From a virus (lineage: Duplodnaviria; Caudoviricetes): a DNA stretch of 64,000 bases. The DNA is taken from positions 18,322-82,321 of IMG/VR virus record IMGVR_UViG_3300027769_000025, one strand, 5' to 3'. The notes beneath the pieces are model-generated. The model ran no database searches. It was not told the DNA's origin and saw only the letters and a program-made list of their open reading frames with translations. Positions 20,005 through 29,467 of the stretch are shown one piece after another (positions within the stretch are counted from its first letter, which is position 1; each line of letters begins with the position of its first letter). Made by a program: the position numbers and the translations under genes.

Positions 20005-20559
20005 ATGAAAATAATAATATCTGATAATCAATATAGTCTTTTAAAAGAATCACTTGCTATTAAAAATATTGAGGGTATTAAAAAATATTGGAGAAACCAA
20101 CAAAAAAAAGGTGAACAAATTAGATTTAATAAAGAAGATTTAGAATTTTGGGGTATTACAACTAGACAGGAAAAGTATTACGCTCAACAAGCATTTAGAG
20201 AATTAGTGGGAGATGATGAGTTTACTAAAAAAGTTATTAAAAAGTTAATCGGAAAAACATTTTCAACAAAAGACTTTGATGATAGAATTACTGGAGGATA
20301 TGATTTCAAATGGGTAATCACTAATATGGAATATAGAGATTATGATTTTTATTTATACGGAAAAACATTACCGGGAGGAACTGTTACTCTTATGGATGGT
20401 AGACACATATCTTTAAGCGAAGGAATAAATGATGAAGATTTAGGTTGGGAAATACAAGAAGAAATTAAAGATGTTGTTCAGGACTCTATGGATGAAATAA
20501 TTTTACCTGTTACAGGAAATGAAGTGATAGTACCATATTTAATTATATCTGAAGAATGA
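20005..20559 (+). CDS. MKIIIT-family hypothetical protein
   Basis: MKIIISDNQY N-terminus. Confidence 0.75.
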   Translation: MKIIISDNQYSLLKESLAIKNIEGIKKYWRNQQKKGEQIRFNKEDLEFWGITTRQEKYYAQQAFRELVGDDEFTKKVIKKLIGKTFSTKDFDDRITGGYDFKWVITNMEYRDYDFYLYGKTLPGGTVTLMDGRHISLSEGINDEDLGWEIQEEIKDVVQDSMDEIILPVTGNEVIVPYLIISEE

Positions 20560-20882
20560 AAATAATAATCACAGAATCACAGAAAGAAAAACTAATGAAT
20601 GATTTTATGAAATCACTCGTAGATGATACCTTAGATGAAAACAAACCTTCTTATGTTGATTATTATATTGTTATTTGGGATAAAACTGCTGTTTGGAACA
20701 TTGATAACGAGCCGTTTATTGAATATGATAAATCTGATGGTAGATTGTGGATATCAAAAAAATATTTAAACAACTTAGAATCTTGGTTCCCAATCAAAAA
20801 AGAAAAAGTGTTAGATATGATTAAAAACTCTTTTGAAAATAAATTTAATGTTGATGTAAAATATATTAAAGCGGGGTCATGA
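20556..20882 (+). CDS. MKIIIT-family hypothetical protein
   Basis: MKIIITESQK N-terminus. Confidence 0.75.
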   Translation: MKIIITESQKEKLMNDFMKSLVDDTLDENKPSYVDYYIVIWDKTAVWNIDNEPFIEYDKSDGRLWISKKYLNNLESWFPIKKEKVLDMIKNSFENKFNVDVKYIKAGS

Positions 20883-21466
20883 AAATAATAATTACAGAAA
20901 AACAATATAACAAACTAACTGAAGATAAACTTCAGAAACTTTGTTATACAGTATGGAACCAACAAAAAAAGAGAGGTGAAGAACCTTATATTGATGATAT
21001 AATATACGACATTACAGATATTAGAAAAAACACAAATGAAGACTTTCAAATCATTAGACCCATTTGGTATAGATACAACGGTGGATTTAATAACTTATTT
21101 GAAAAACTTAAAAATGAAATTGACGAAAAAATATTTGACCTTACAAGTGATTGGGGTAATCTTGATACAAGAGTAGAAGTTATTGAAGTAAGTCAGTTTG
21201 GTAGATTAGGTGAAGATTTTGGAGTAGATATATTTGTAAATGTAGATCTAAATGGAACCATGGATTTCCAAATGTATGAAGAAGGGACCGATAACGAAAT
21301 TCAAGTTAACGATACAATTGAGGCAGCTTATTTTGAAGCTCAATCCAATTATGAAGGAAGTGATATTCTTGGTTATTTAAGAGGAGAAGTTTATGACCTT
21401 TTTTATAAAAAGTTAGAAAAATACGGAATTCCAATTGATGTGGATGTTGATCTAAAAGAATTTTAA
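20879..21466 (+). CDS. MKIIIT-family hypothetical protein
   Basis: MKIIITEKQY N-terminus; WNQQKKRGE shared with 20005 ORF. Confidence 0.75.
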   Translation: MKIIITEKQYNKLTEDKLQKLCYTVWNQQKKRGEEPYIDDIIYDITDIRKNTNEDFQIIRPIWYRYNGGFNNLFEKLKNEIDEKIFDLTSDWGNLDTRVEVIEVSQFGRLGEDFGVDIFVNVDLNGTMDFQMYEEGTDNEIQVNDTIEAAYFEAQSNYEGSDILGYLRGEVYDLFYKKLEKYGIPIDVDVDLKEF

Positions 21467-21485
21467 CTATATATTTATCATCACT

Positions 21486-21722
21486 ATGGGACCAATCGAA
21501 AAAAAAATCTTAGAATTATCTAAAACTGAAGGACTTTCAGAAGAAACAAAACTGGCTTTAACTATGATCAAAAATCAAGTTAGAGAAGATGAAAAACGAA
21601 TTGTTAATGAAGCCTACCAAAAAGGTTACCATGATAAAGAAATGAACCGTAGACCCACTTGGAACTACTTTGAAAGTAAGTACAAATCATTCTTTACAAA
21701 TTTCAGAGTTGGTGAATTGTAA
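21486..21722 (+). CDS. Hypothetical protein
   Basis: ORF track; ATATTTAT upstream. Confidence 0.65.
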   Translation: MGPIEKKILELSKTEGLSEETKLALTMIKNQVREDEKRIVNEAYQKGYHDKEMNRRPTWNYFESKYKSFFTNFRVGEL

Positions 21723-21743
21723 AAATTTTCGTATCTTTGTGGT

Positions 21744-22028
21744 ATGGAAGACTTAAACAAACTTGAATTACCCGAAATAAAATCATTATGTAAACAATAC
21801 GGAATCGGGACCGTAGGTGATAAAAAAACCCTAATTAAAAAACTCAAATATTTCTTGGACCCTATTGAGGATGTGTTAAATACACACCCTGGTAGAAAAC
21901 TACCAAAAGATAAAAAAATTGTTGGTGCTAAAGTAACCAAACAAGAAGAAATTAATAACGTTTTAAAAAAGAAAGGTCAATTTTTATATTATTCTTTGGG
22001 TTATCATTATTATATGGTGACAGAATAA
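21744..22028 (+). CDS. SAP-like domain protein
   Basis: LELPEIKSLCKQYGIGTVGDKKTLIKKL matches the SAP helix-loop-helix pattern; TATCTTTG 4 nt upstream. Confidence 0.6.
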   Translation: MEDLNKLELPEIKSLCKQYGIGTVGDKKTLIKKLKYFLDPIEDVLNTHPGRKLPKDKKIVGAKVTKQEEINNVLKKKGQFLYYSLGYHYYMVTE

Positions 22029-22059
22029 AAAAACTAGATATTTATTAAATAAAATTGGT

Positions 22060-22518
22060 ATGAAAAAACAAATACTTGAAGAGCTTAATGATATTAAGTA
22101 TCTTTTTAATTACAATAGAGGTAAAATTATTTCAGAACAGGAACAATTTGACGATGAAGAAGAATTCGTAGATTATGATGATATAGATTATGGTGATATG
22201 GATGATGATATGGATGATGATGAAGAAGAATATTATCCTGAACTGAGAATACCTCATGACATGCCATCATACAAAACTAAATATAGACATAGTGATGATG
22301 ATATGGAATTGGACGAAGAAATGGATCTTCCTGTGATGTTACCAGGTACAAAAGAAAAAGAAAGAACTAAGGTAACACCTGGAACTAAACCGGGAAAAAA
22401 ACCTAATACTCCATATAGCCCAAAACCAGGACCAAAACCGGATCCTAAGGCTAGAAATAGAAAAGATGAGATACCTGATTGGTTAACCTTTGATGAACTT
22501 GGAATTGATTTCGAATAA
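22060..22518 (+). CDS. Acidic/proline-rich hypothetical protein
   Basis: Contains copy 2 of the 140-bp repeat; PGTKPGKKP..PKPGPKPDPKA. Confidence 0.7.
   Translation: MKKQILEELNDIKYLFNYNRGKIISEQEQFDDEEEFVDYDDIDYGDMDDDMDDDEEEYYPELRIPHDMPSYKTKYRHSDDDMELDEEMDLPVMLPGTKEKERTKVTPGTKPGKKPNTPYSPKPGPKPDPKARNRKDEIPDWLTFDELGIDFE
22149..22301 (+). repeat. Dispersed repeat copy 2 (12-bp ATGGATGATGAT insertion relative to copy 1)
   Basis: Matches 11279-11419. Confidence 0.95.
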
Positions 22519-22519
22519 T

Positions 22520-23755
22520 ATGAAAGATTTAAGAAAAAAATTATACACTGAAGGTTTGCCAAAATCTGAATTTGTTAGACTTATGGAAGCCCCAATTGAC
22601 TATGAAGGTCCTGAAAGAATGGCTGGAGATGTTGAGGGAAAAATTACCGGTAAAAAAACCCCCTATCATAATTTTCCTGCTATCCCTAATATGGATAAAG
22701 ACTTTGTTGAATTAATATCTTCCAAGAGATTCAAAGACTCAGTTGACAAAGTTAGAATGGCTATGGGTGATACAAGAATTATACAAGGTCAAAATGCTTT
22801 AATGCAGTTAATGGGAACTGTTGGTCAAGCGATGCAAAGACTTGTTATGATTCAGTCACAAAACAAAAAACAACTTGAAGATTTGGCTATTGAACTTGTA
22901 AAAAAAGAAATGGGTATTCCTGAAGGGGCAATGCAGTTTAAAGCTGAACTTATGACACAACCTATGGGTGCCGCAGAAGGGATGAAAGATGAACCTGAAA
23001 TGCCAAGTGAAGAAGAAATTGAAGAGTTCATGGGTGACGTTGAAAACTTCAACTTAGAAAGAGCCAAAAGAAGATTCATCAATTCATTAATTCAAGGAGC
23101 GGCTTTCAAAGGAGGTCACATGTATAATCTTGTAAGAAATGAAATCAATGATATCAATCCACAATTAATGAACCTTTACGCTGTTACTCAATCTTTGATG
23201 GAACATGCTTATTGGATCTTTCCTGATATGGAAGGAATGGCAGGTGGTGGCGGTGGTCAAATGGGTCAATCAGAATATGATGATGAGACAGATCCACCAA
23301 CAGTAAAAGCTAAAGCTGTTACATTCCCACTTCTTGTACACGAGTTAGTTAAAGGTGTTTATGAGGTATTTGGAACTCATGGTTTACCTGATGACCCAAA
23401 ACAAAGAGAAATGGTATTAAACGCTGAAGATTCACTTCCTGCTGAGATTTGGGACTCTCGTTTAGGACCAATTTTTTGGGAGAAGTTTGTTGCAACATAT
23501 CCTATGGAATTGTTCGAGGATGATATGAAACACATCCAACACTACTTATTTATGCGTTTTTCGGCTTTAAATGCTGAAGAATTTATGAGTTTAGCTAAAA
23601 AGATTCTAAGTGGAGATCCAAAAGGACAACAAATAATCCAAAGAATGGTTGATGATATCGTTAAAGATTTAAAAGACCAAGAATATAAAGACGCCATGGG
23701 GGACGATGATGACGAAGACTACGGCGATGTTGATCTAAGTGATTTGGGACTTTAA
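22520..23755 (+). CDS. Conserved phage hypothetical protein
   Basis: ORF track 22490-23755; ATG at 22520 preferred; LLVHELVKG motif. Confidence 0.75.
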   Translation: MKDLRKKLYTEGLPKSEFVRLMEAPIDYEGPERMAGDVEGKITGKKTPYHNFPAIPNMDKDFVELISSKRFKDSVDKVRMAMGDTRIIQGQNALMQLMGTVGQAMQRLVMIQSQNKKQLEDLAIELVKKEMGIPEGAMQFKAELMTQPMGAAEGMKDEPEMPSEEEIEEFMGDVENFNLERAKRRFINSLIQGAAFKGGHMYNLVRNEINDINPQLMNLYAVTQSLMEHAYWIFPDMEGMAGGGGGQMGQSEYDDETDPPTVKAKAVTFPLLVHELVKGVYEVFGTHGLPDDPKQREMVLNAEDSLPAEIWDSRLGPIFWEKFVATYPMELFEDDMKHIQHYLFMRFSALNAEEFMSLAKKILSGDPKGQQIIQRMVDDIVKDLKDQEYKDAMGDDDDEDYGDVDLSDLGL

Positions 23756-23805
23756 TAAGTCCCATTTCTTTTTTATAAGGATTTTTTTTCCTATAATTAT
23801 TAAAA

Positions 23806-24111
23806 ATGTTAGATATGAAAAATATTGATTGTGAGATATACATTAAACAACTGATTTCCTTTTTTGAAAATAATCCTGGTGACTTAATGCAACTTATAGG
23901 AAACATTCAAAAAGAAGACTTTTATTTGAAATTAAGAGAAAAATCAGAAAACAATGTTGATGAAGGATTAGATCATGTTTTATCTAGACAACAAATGATT
24001 GACATTGTCTTAGAATTAAAGATTCCTGAACTGTTTGAAACGCCAAATCCTAAGGCTGTTGTTGAAGGATATGTCCAAAAAACAAAGTGGGGAAAAATTA
24101 TTTTAAATTAA
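23806..24111 (+). CDS. Hypothetical protein
   Basis: ORF track. Confidence 0.65.
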   Translation: MLDMKNIDCEIYIKQLISFFENNPGDLMQLIGNIQKEDFYLKLREKSENNVDEGLDHVLSRQQMIDIVLELKIPELFETPNPKAVVEGYVQKTKWGKIILN

Positions 24112-24166
24112 AGTTGGTATTTATTGAAAAATTATTATCTTTGTAGAGTGATAAACGAGAAACAAA

Positions 24167-24283
24167 ATGAAAACTATAGAAGTAACGATACAAGAAATCT
24201 GGCAGGCAACTAGACCTATCGTGCAAAAAAGTAAGAAATCATATACTCGTAAAGTCAAACACAAAAACAAAGAAAATAATTAA
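24167..24283 (+). CDS. Small basic protein with ArfA-like KxYxRKxKH motif (38 aa)
   Basis: MKTIEVTIQEIWQATRPIVQKSKKSYTRKVKHKNKENN; TATCTTTG promoter at 24136. Confidence 0.55.
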   Translation: MKTIEVTIQEIWQATRPIVQKSKKSYTRKVKHKNKENN

Positions 24284-24285
24284 CT

Positions 24286-25044
24286 ATGATATACACACCA
24301 GAACTAATCAAATCAATTGCACCGGCAGTATTCGCCACATCACCATCTTCTAAAATGACGAACAAATATGAGTTCGTACCAACCAATGAAGTAATGGAGA
24401 TCTTCGACCGAGAAGGTTGGAAACTGTCATCTGTAAAACAAACAGGTAGAGGTATCCACTCAATGCACGAATTAAAATACCGAAACAGTGAATTACCAAA
24501 AGTTGGTGACACAGTTGTTGAAGCAATCGTTAGAAACTCTCACGATGGTACGGCAACATTCTCTATGGGGGCAGGACTATTCCGATTGGTGTGTTCTAAT
24601 GGACTTACAGTTCCTACATCAGTTGCAGAGAAATTCTCAATTCGACACAATCATTTTTCATTCGATGATGTTCGAGGTTTGGCTGAGGACTTCTCTAAAA
24701 AACTTCCAAGAATCGAAGAGTCAGTTACTCGAATGATGGAAAAGGAGTTAACTGAAAAAGAAAAACTCCGTTTAATCAAAGAAGCGGTTAAGATCCGTTG
24801 GGCTGTTGGAAATGGACCTGAGTCTATCGACATTACAGACCTTCTAACACCGTTTCGACCTGAGGATGAAGGAAGTGATCTTTGGACAGTATTTAACGTG
24901 ATCCAAGAGAAAATGACTCGAGGTGGATTCACTTACAAAAGCCCAAGAGGACGACAAACAACACTTCGTGGGATCAAGAGTATCCAAGCTACGAATCGTT
25001 TAAACACTAAACTTTGGGAGGCAGCAGAATTGATGTTGATTTAA
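24286..25044 (+). CDS. DUF932/DUF945 family protein
   Basis: RNSHDGT, GLFRLVCSNGL, DLWTVFNVIQE, LNTKLWEAA. Confidence 0.85.
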   Translation: MIYTPELIKSIAPAVFATSPSSKMTNKYEFVPTNEVMEIFDREGWKLSSVKQTGRGIHSMHELKYRNSELPKVGDTVVEAIVRNSHDGTATFSMGAGLFRLVCSNGLTVPTSVAEKFSIRHNHFSFDDVRGLAEDFSKKLPRIEESVTRMMEKELTEKEKLRLIKEAVKIRWAVGNGPESIDITDLLTPFRPEDEGSDLWTVFNVIQEKMTRGGFTYKSPRGRQTTLRGIKSIQATNRLNTKLWEAAELMLI

Positions 25045-25050
25045 AACTAC

Positions 25051-25071
25051 GGGGGTGAAAGCCCCCTTTTT
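25051..25071 (+). terminator. Rho-independent terminator
   Basis: GGGGGT-GAAA-GCCCCC-TTTTT. Confidence 0.8.
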
Positions 25072-25076
25072 ATATT

Positions 25077-25421
25077 ATGGAAAAATTTAAACACGAAAAA
25101 AGACTTTTAGATTTTCTTATAGAGGAAAATAAAATACTGTATTCAACAATCCAACTAACGGGTTTTATTGAACTAACACCTGAAAGTTTACTTGAAAAAC
25201 CAAGATTTGAGAATTATTTATTGGACGGTATGCAATATACTGATGGGGTTTCATATTCTGATGGAATATTTATTTATGATAACAATATTTACATATATTT
25301 ATCTAAAACTGACCCATTAGTCTCTTCATTTTCTTGTAAGATATATTATCCTATAAATAGAAAAAAAGACGTTGAGTTCTTTATATTAAACCTAAAAAAA
25401 TTAAAAAAAGATGGAAATTAG
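25077..25421 (+). CDS. Hypothetical protein
   Basis: ORF track. Confidence 0.6.
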   Translation: MEKFKHEKRLLDFLIEENKILYSTIQLTGFIELTPESLLEKPRFENYLLDGMQYTDGVSYSDGIFIYDNNIYIYLSKTDPLVSSFSCKIYYPINRKKDVEFFILNLKKLKKDGN

Positions 25422-25725
25422 TAGTGTTGAATTACAACAAAAAATAAATGCTGGTGAAAAACTTGTTGTTGAGTTTTGGGCTGAGTGGTGTGGACCATGT
25501 AAAATGATGAAACCAATTTTTGAAAGAGTTGCATCTTCAAACGAAAGTGAAGTCCAAATGTATACACTTAATATCGATGATAACAGAGAAGTCGCTTTAA
25601 GTCTTGGTATTAGAAGTATCCCAACTGTAAAAATGTTTAATTCAGGTGAAGTGGTTGAAACAAAAGTGGGGATTATGAATGAAGGACAGATAAAAGAAAT
25701 GGTAAGTGAATTAATCAATGGATAA
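25411..25725 (+). CDS. trxA: Thioredoxin
   Basis: FWAEWCGPCK, IRSIPT. Confidence 0.92.
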   Translation: MEISSVELQQKINAGEKLVVEFWAEWCGPCKMMKPIFERVASSNESEVQMYTLNIDDNREVALSLGIRSIPTVKMFNSGEVVETKVGIMNEGQIKEMVSELING

Positions 25726-26005
25726 AATTGCAGTTGTGTTTACAATGAAGAGTTGTCCTCATTGTCACACTTTTAAAAAAATGTTAGAAGAAGCTGATAT
25801 TGAATTTATTGATAGAGATATTGATGAATATGAAGAAGAATACGATATGTTTGTTGAAGTTACAGGAAATGATTTTGTACCAGCATTCATGTTAATTGAG
25901 AATCCTGAAAGTGAATCCCCAACATCAAATCTATACGCTCCTGATCGAGATTTTGAAGATATAGATGAAGGATTACAAATAATCAAAGAATTTTACGAAA
26001 GATAA
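25718..26005 (+). CDS. Glutaredoxin-like protein
   Basis: FTMKSCPHC, FVPAF. Confidence 0.8.
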   Translation: MDKIAVVFTMKSCPHCHTFKKMLEEADIEFIDRDIDEYEEEYDMFVEVTGNDFVPAFMLIENPESESPTSNLYAPDRDFEDIDEGLQIIKEFYER

Positions 26006-26006
26006 A

Positions 26007-26030
26007 AAAACCCCTCAATTGAGGGGTTTT
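26007..26030. terminator. Bidirectional terminator between convergent genes
   Basis: AAAACCCCTC-AATT-GAGGGGTTTT. Confidence 0.85.
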
Positions 26031-26033
26031 CTT

Positions 26034-26729
26034 TTATATTAATATTATGTCTTTTAGTCGATCTTGGACTAAGTATGGTTTATCTAGTGTCTGATCAGTG
26101 ACATCTTTTGTAAAGTCGTAGTCAGACATCCTTTCTTTAAACTCAGTAAGATCCATATCAAAACAATCTAAAACAAGACTCTCAATCGATTTTTTTGGAA
26201 CTTGAGAATCAGAGATCACTTTAATTCTATAGTCTTCATCTTCATTTAAATCACTTGAGTAATGAAAGTATAATTTATCAACACCTAACAAAGAATACAT
26301 TTGATTAAAGATGTAATGTGAGTAATATAATATTCCTCTACCACACCCTAAACTATGACCATAAGGAAACTCTGATGAGATGTTTATTTCTGAAATGGGG
26401 TCTAATTCGTTAACGTACAAAGATTTATTAACTGTGATCCACGCTCTTGGAAAATCTGTGATTTCTTGTTCATACTTAATGATGTCAATAATGTTAAGAC
26501 TTTCTTTATTAAGTGATTTAAATAATTCCTTATTTGATTCTATGAATTCTATTTTAAGTTCATTAAGATTTAAAACATTACTACTTATGGTTTGACCATT
26601 CACAACAACAAATGTTTCACAATCTGTAACTTGGATAATTGTATTTTCTGATTTGTTGAATTTTGACAGGATGTAGTCTGCAAATAGATTTACAAAATAC
26701 CGTCTTGTGTTTTTTTCTAATTTTCTCAT
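26034..26729 (-). CDS. Hypothetical protein with weak similarity to the S-adenosylmethionine synthetase N-terminal domain
   Basis: NLFADYILSKF..VTDCETFVVVNGQT resembles MetK DQISDAILD..VACET..V.GEIT. Confidence 0.55.
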   Translation of the reverse strand: MRKLEKNTRRYFVNLFADYILSKFNKSENTIIQVTDCETFVVVNGQTISSNVLNLNELKIEFIESNKELFKSLNKESLNIIDIIKYEQEITDFPRAWITVNKSLYVNELDPISEINISSEFPYGHSLGCGRGILYYSHYIFNQMYSLLGVDKLYFHYSSDLNEDEDYRIKVISDSQVPKKSIESLVLDCFDMDLTEFKERMSDYDFTKDVTDQTLDKPYLVQDRLKDIILI

Positions 26730-26778
26730 ATTCTTGGTTTTTATAATGAATATGAGAATTAAATGAAACTATAAAGAG

Positions 26779-27894
26779 TTAAATATAATCTAAAAACATT
26801 TCGTTTATGTTTCTTCTTGTTCTGTCCCAATCAGGATAATCGGGGATTCTAATGTCAATACATTCTACTTCATCATTATAAATCATACCATTTATAAGTG
26901 ATGTATATCCACCAAAATATTCTAAAAAAGAGTCAGAATATGTTGCACCCTTATTATTTTCTAAAAATGTTTTTATAATTCCAATAAAATCTCTGATTTT
27001 AATATATTGGTCGTATTTAGTTTTTTCACCAACCTTTCTTGGAACCTCATCAATACGACCCTCGAAGTATTCACTTAGACCATTATAAACAGCATCATAA
27101 ACTTCATCTTCGTATGCTTGATTTTCAGAGTTATAGTAGATACTTCTTAGTTCATCGCCAATATCTTCTAAATCTTTTTTGAAAAGTTCGTTTGATGCGT
27201 CACTATCTTTTAATAAGTCGTTTAAATCTTCAGGCCTTATTCTAAAATATCCTTCAGTTTCTTGTATTTCAGATAAATGTTCAAAAAAGTCCGAATCATA
27301 ATCCTCTAATGATAATTCTTGATTTCCTATTTTTTTATAAATAACATCTTTAAGATGTGTTATGTTAGAATCATTTAAAACATCTACTGTATCGTATGGT
27401 GTCATACTAGAATCATAATACCAATCGTGACCTAAACCTTCTTCACTTAAAATTAGTTTTGCAACATATCTAGGGCCACTATCACTTCTTCTACTACCAC
27501 TACAAAAATATTCACTTAACTCTTCTCTATCTCTTAATTTTAGATAAAAACCACCATTTCTAATTTCAACATCAGTTATTAGATTGTTAATTATAAAATA
27601 AACTGTGTCTTCGTAGTTGTCTTCTAAACCTTTTAAAAGTAATATATTTTTTAATTCTTCGGGTGCGTCTTCATAACTAAGATTACCTAAAACACCATTT
27701 TCATCTAAAAAATTAATTAGTTCACTGTCCCAATTACGATAACCTACTTGACCTAAATCTAATTCATCTAAAAGACCGTATTTTTTAACAAACTTAAAGA
27801 ATGTTATTAAGTCATTAAAATACGGCTCAATGTCGTCATCAAAATCACCATAATTAAATGAATTAACTAATTGTCTTGCTCTATCTAAACTCAT
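26779..27894 (-). CDS. Acidic hypothetical protein
   Basis: ATG at 27894 (MSLDRAR) preferred; ATATTTAT 5 nt upstream on minus strand. Confidence 0.75.
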   Translation of the reverse strand: MSLDRARQLVNSFNYGDFDDDIEPYFNDLITFFKFVKKYGLLDELDLGQVGYRNWDSELINFLDENGVLGNLSYEDAPEELKNILLLKGLEDNYEDTVYFIINNLITDVEIRNGGFYLKLRDREELSEYFCSGSRRSDSGPRYVAKLILSEEGLGHDWYYDSSMTPYDTVDVLNDSNITHLKDVIYKKIGNQELSLEDYDSDFFEHLSEIQETEGYFRIRPEDLNDLLKDSDASNELFKKDLEDIGDELRSIYYNSENQAYEDEVYDAVYNGLSEYFEGRIDEVPRKVGEKTKYDQYIKIRDFIGIIKTFLENNKGATYSDSFLEYFGGYTSLINGMIYNDEVECIDIRIPDYPDWDRTRRNINEMFLDYI

Positions 27895-27965
27895 ATGGTA
27901 TAAATATCTAATAAACAAAAAAGGTGTCCCAAACAGAACACCTTTATCTCGATGATACGCAAATA

Positions 27966-28115
27966 TTATCTTCTATAATATTTGTTAATGATTTTTTTTA
28001 CCGACTCTTGAACGTTATTATTATTTTGAGTGGTATTAGCACCTTGTTGTGTTTGTGTTTGAGTTTGTGTTTGAGGTTGTTGTGCCTGTTGCTTGTTTTT
28101 ACATCCGCAGCCCAT
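27966..28115 (-). CDS. Small MGCGCK protein with Q/T-rich linker (49 aa)
   Basis: MGCGCKNKQQAQQPQTQTQTQTQQGANTTQNNNNVQESVKKIINKYYRR; TATTTAT upstream; hairpin downstream at ~27917-27946. Confidence 0.65.
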   Translation of the reverse strand: MGCGCKNKQQAQQPQTQTQTQTQQGANTTQNNNNVQESVKKIINKYYRR

Positions 28116-28221
28116 AACTAAATATTTTTATTGGTTTATTTATCTATAAATAGTATCTAAAACAAGTTTAATTCATAATAAATAAAAATCAATTATTTTT
28201 ATTTTGTTATATTTATCAAGT

Positions 28222-29427
28222 ATGAGAGACTTCTTTAAAAATTTCTTATTAGAACAAGATGAGAATCTTGTTACACTAACTCCTGATCAATATTTGGATA
28301 CATTAGAAGATGTTGGTGGTATTGCAGCAAGAGTTGCAAATCTAAAACCTTATCGTGGTAAGGGTATTGTTATTAACGGTGATTTAGATCTTAGAAAATT
28401 TAAAACCGTTGGACCACTTACAGGAATTGTGAGAGTAATGGGTAGGTTAGATATATCCAATACGAATGTCCCTAATCTTGATGGTGTTACCGTAGATAGA
28501 TATGTTAGTAGTTGGGGATCGACAATGCATACAACCCAATTAAAAAAAGAAAGAAATAAAAAACTTTCAGAATTATCCGATTATAGAGAAAATAAAGAAT
28601 GGAATATTGAAAATAATGACGATGATTCTGAAAGAACTGAAGCTTTATATAAATTCTTAGTTGAAGAAGGTATACCCACTTTATATAAAGACGACAATGG
28701 TGAAGAAGTAGAAGAAGACAAGTATTTTATTTATCCTAATGGTACAGGAAGTCACGGTATTGGAAAACAATACGAATGGTTAGGTAGTGATACTCTACAA
28801 CCAGACACATATGATGTTTATACTCAAGATGAGTTAGATATTGCAGCTAAAAGATATGTTGAAAATGCTATTGATGACATGGGTTATGAGGCATTTACAA
28901 GTTGGGTTTGGGATCAAGCACTTGATAGAGGACAGTGGGAAAGTTGGTTAGAAGATTTTTATGAAGATATAATTAGAGATGATCCTGAAAACTATGATAT
29001 AGGACTTGAATTATCTACAAATCAACAACATCAAGTTAATCAATTAAAAAAAACTATAGAAAATCTAAATAATAAATTAAAAAGTGAGGAATTGTCTGAC
29101 GAAGAATACGAAAACATCGAAAGAAAAATTGAAGGTTTAGAAGAGACGATAGAAGAAATTATAGAAGATCCACAAGGTGGTTATGATGAAAGTTCCATAC
29201 AGAATGAAATCAATGATAGAGTTAATGAATATGTTGATGATATTGATGATTTTATTAAACACTACGGATATGAAAAAAGTTTTATAATGGATTTTGTTGA
29301 TTTAGATGAGGTTACGGATATTGTCGTAAATAGTGATGGATATGGTAATCTATTAAACTCTTATGATGGAGAAATGTTTGAAACACAGGTAAACGGTGAC
29401 TGGTATTTTGTAATGAGGGCTAGTTAG
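28222..29427 (+). CDS. Acidic hypothetical protein
   Basis: ATG 28222 (MRDFFKNFLLEQ); ATATTTAT 5 nt upstream. Confidence 0.75.
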   Translation: MRDFFKNFLLEQDENLVTLTPDQYLDTLEDVGGIAARVANLKPYRGKGIVINGDLDLRKFKTVGPLTGIVRVMGRLDISNTNVPNLDGVTVDRYVSSWGSTMHTTQLKKERNKKLSELSDYRENKEWNIENNDDDSERTEALYKFLVEEGIPTLYKDDNGEEVEEDKYFIYPNGTGSHGIGKQYEWLGSDTLQPDTYDVYTQDELDIAAKRYVENAIDDMGYEAFTSWVWDQALDRGQWESWLEDFYEDIIRDDPENYDIGLELSTNQQHQVNQLKKTIENLNNKLKSEELSDEEYENIERKIEGLEETIEEIIEDPQGGYDESSIQNEINDRVNEYVDDIDDFIKHYGYEKSFIMDFVDLDEVTDIVVNSDGYGNLLNSYDGEMFETQVNGDWYFVMRAS

Positions 29428-29467
29428 GTCTTTATTTGTTGAACAATATATCATATTTTTATTATGA

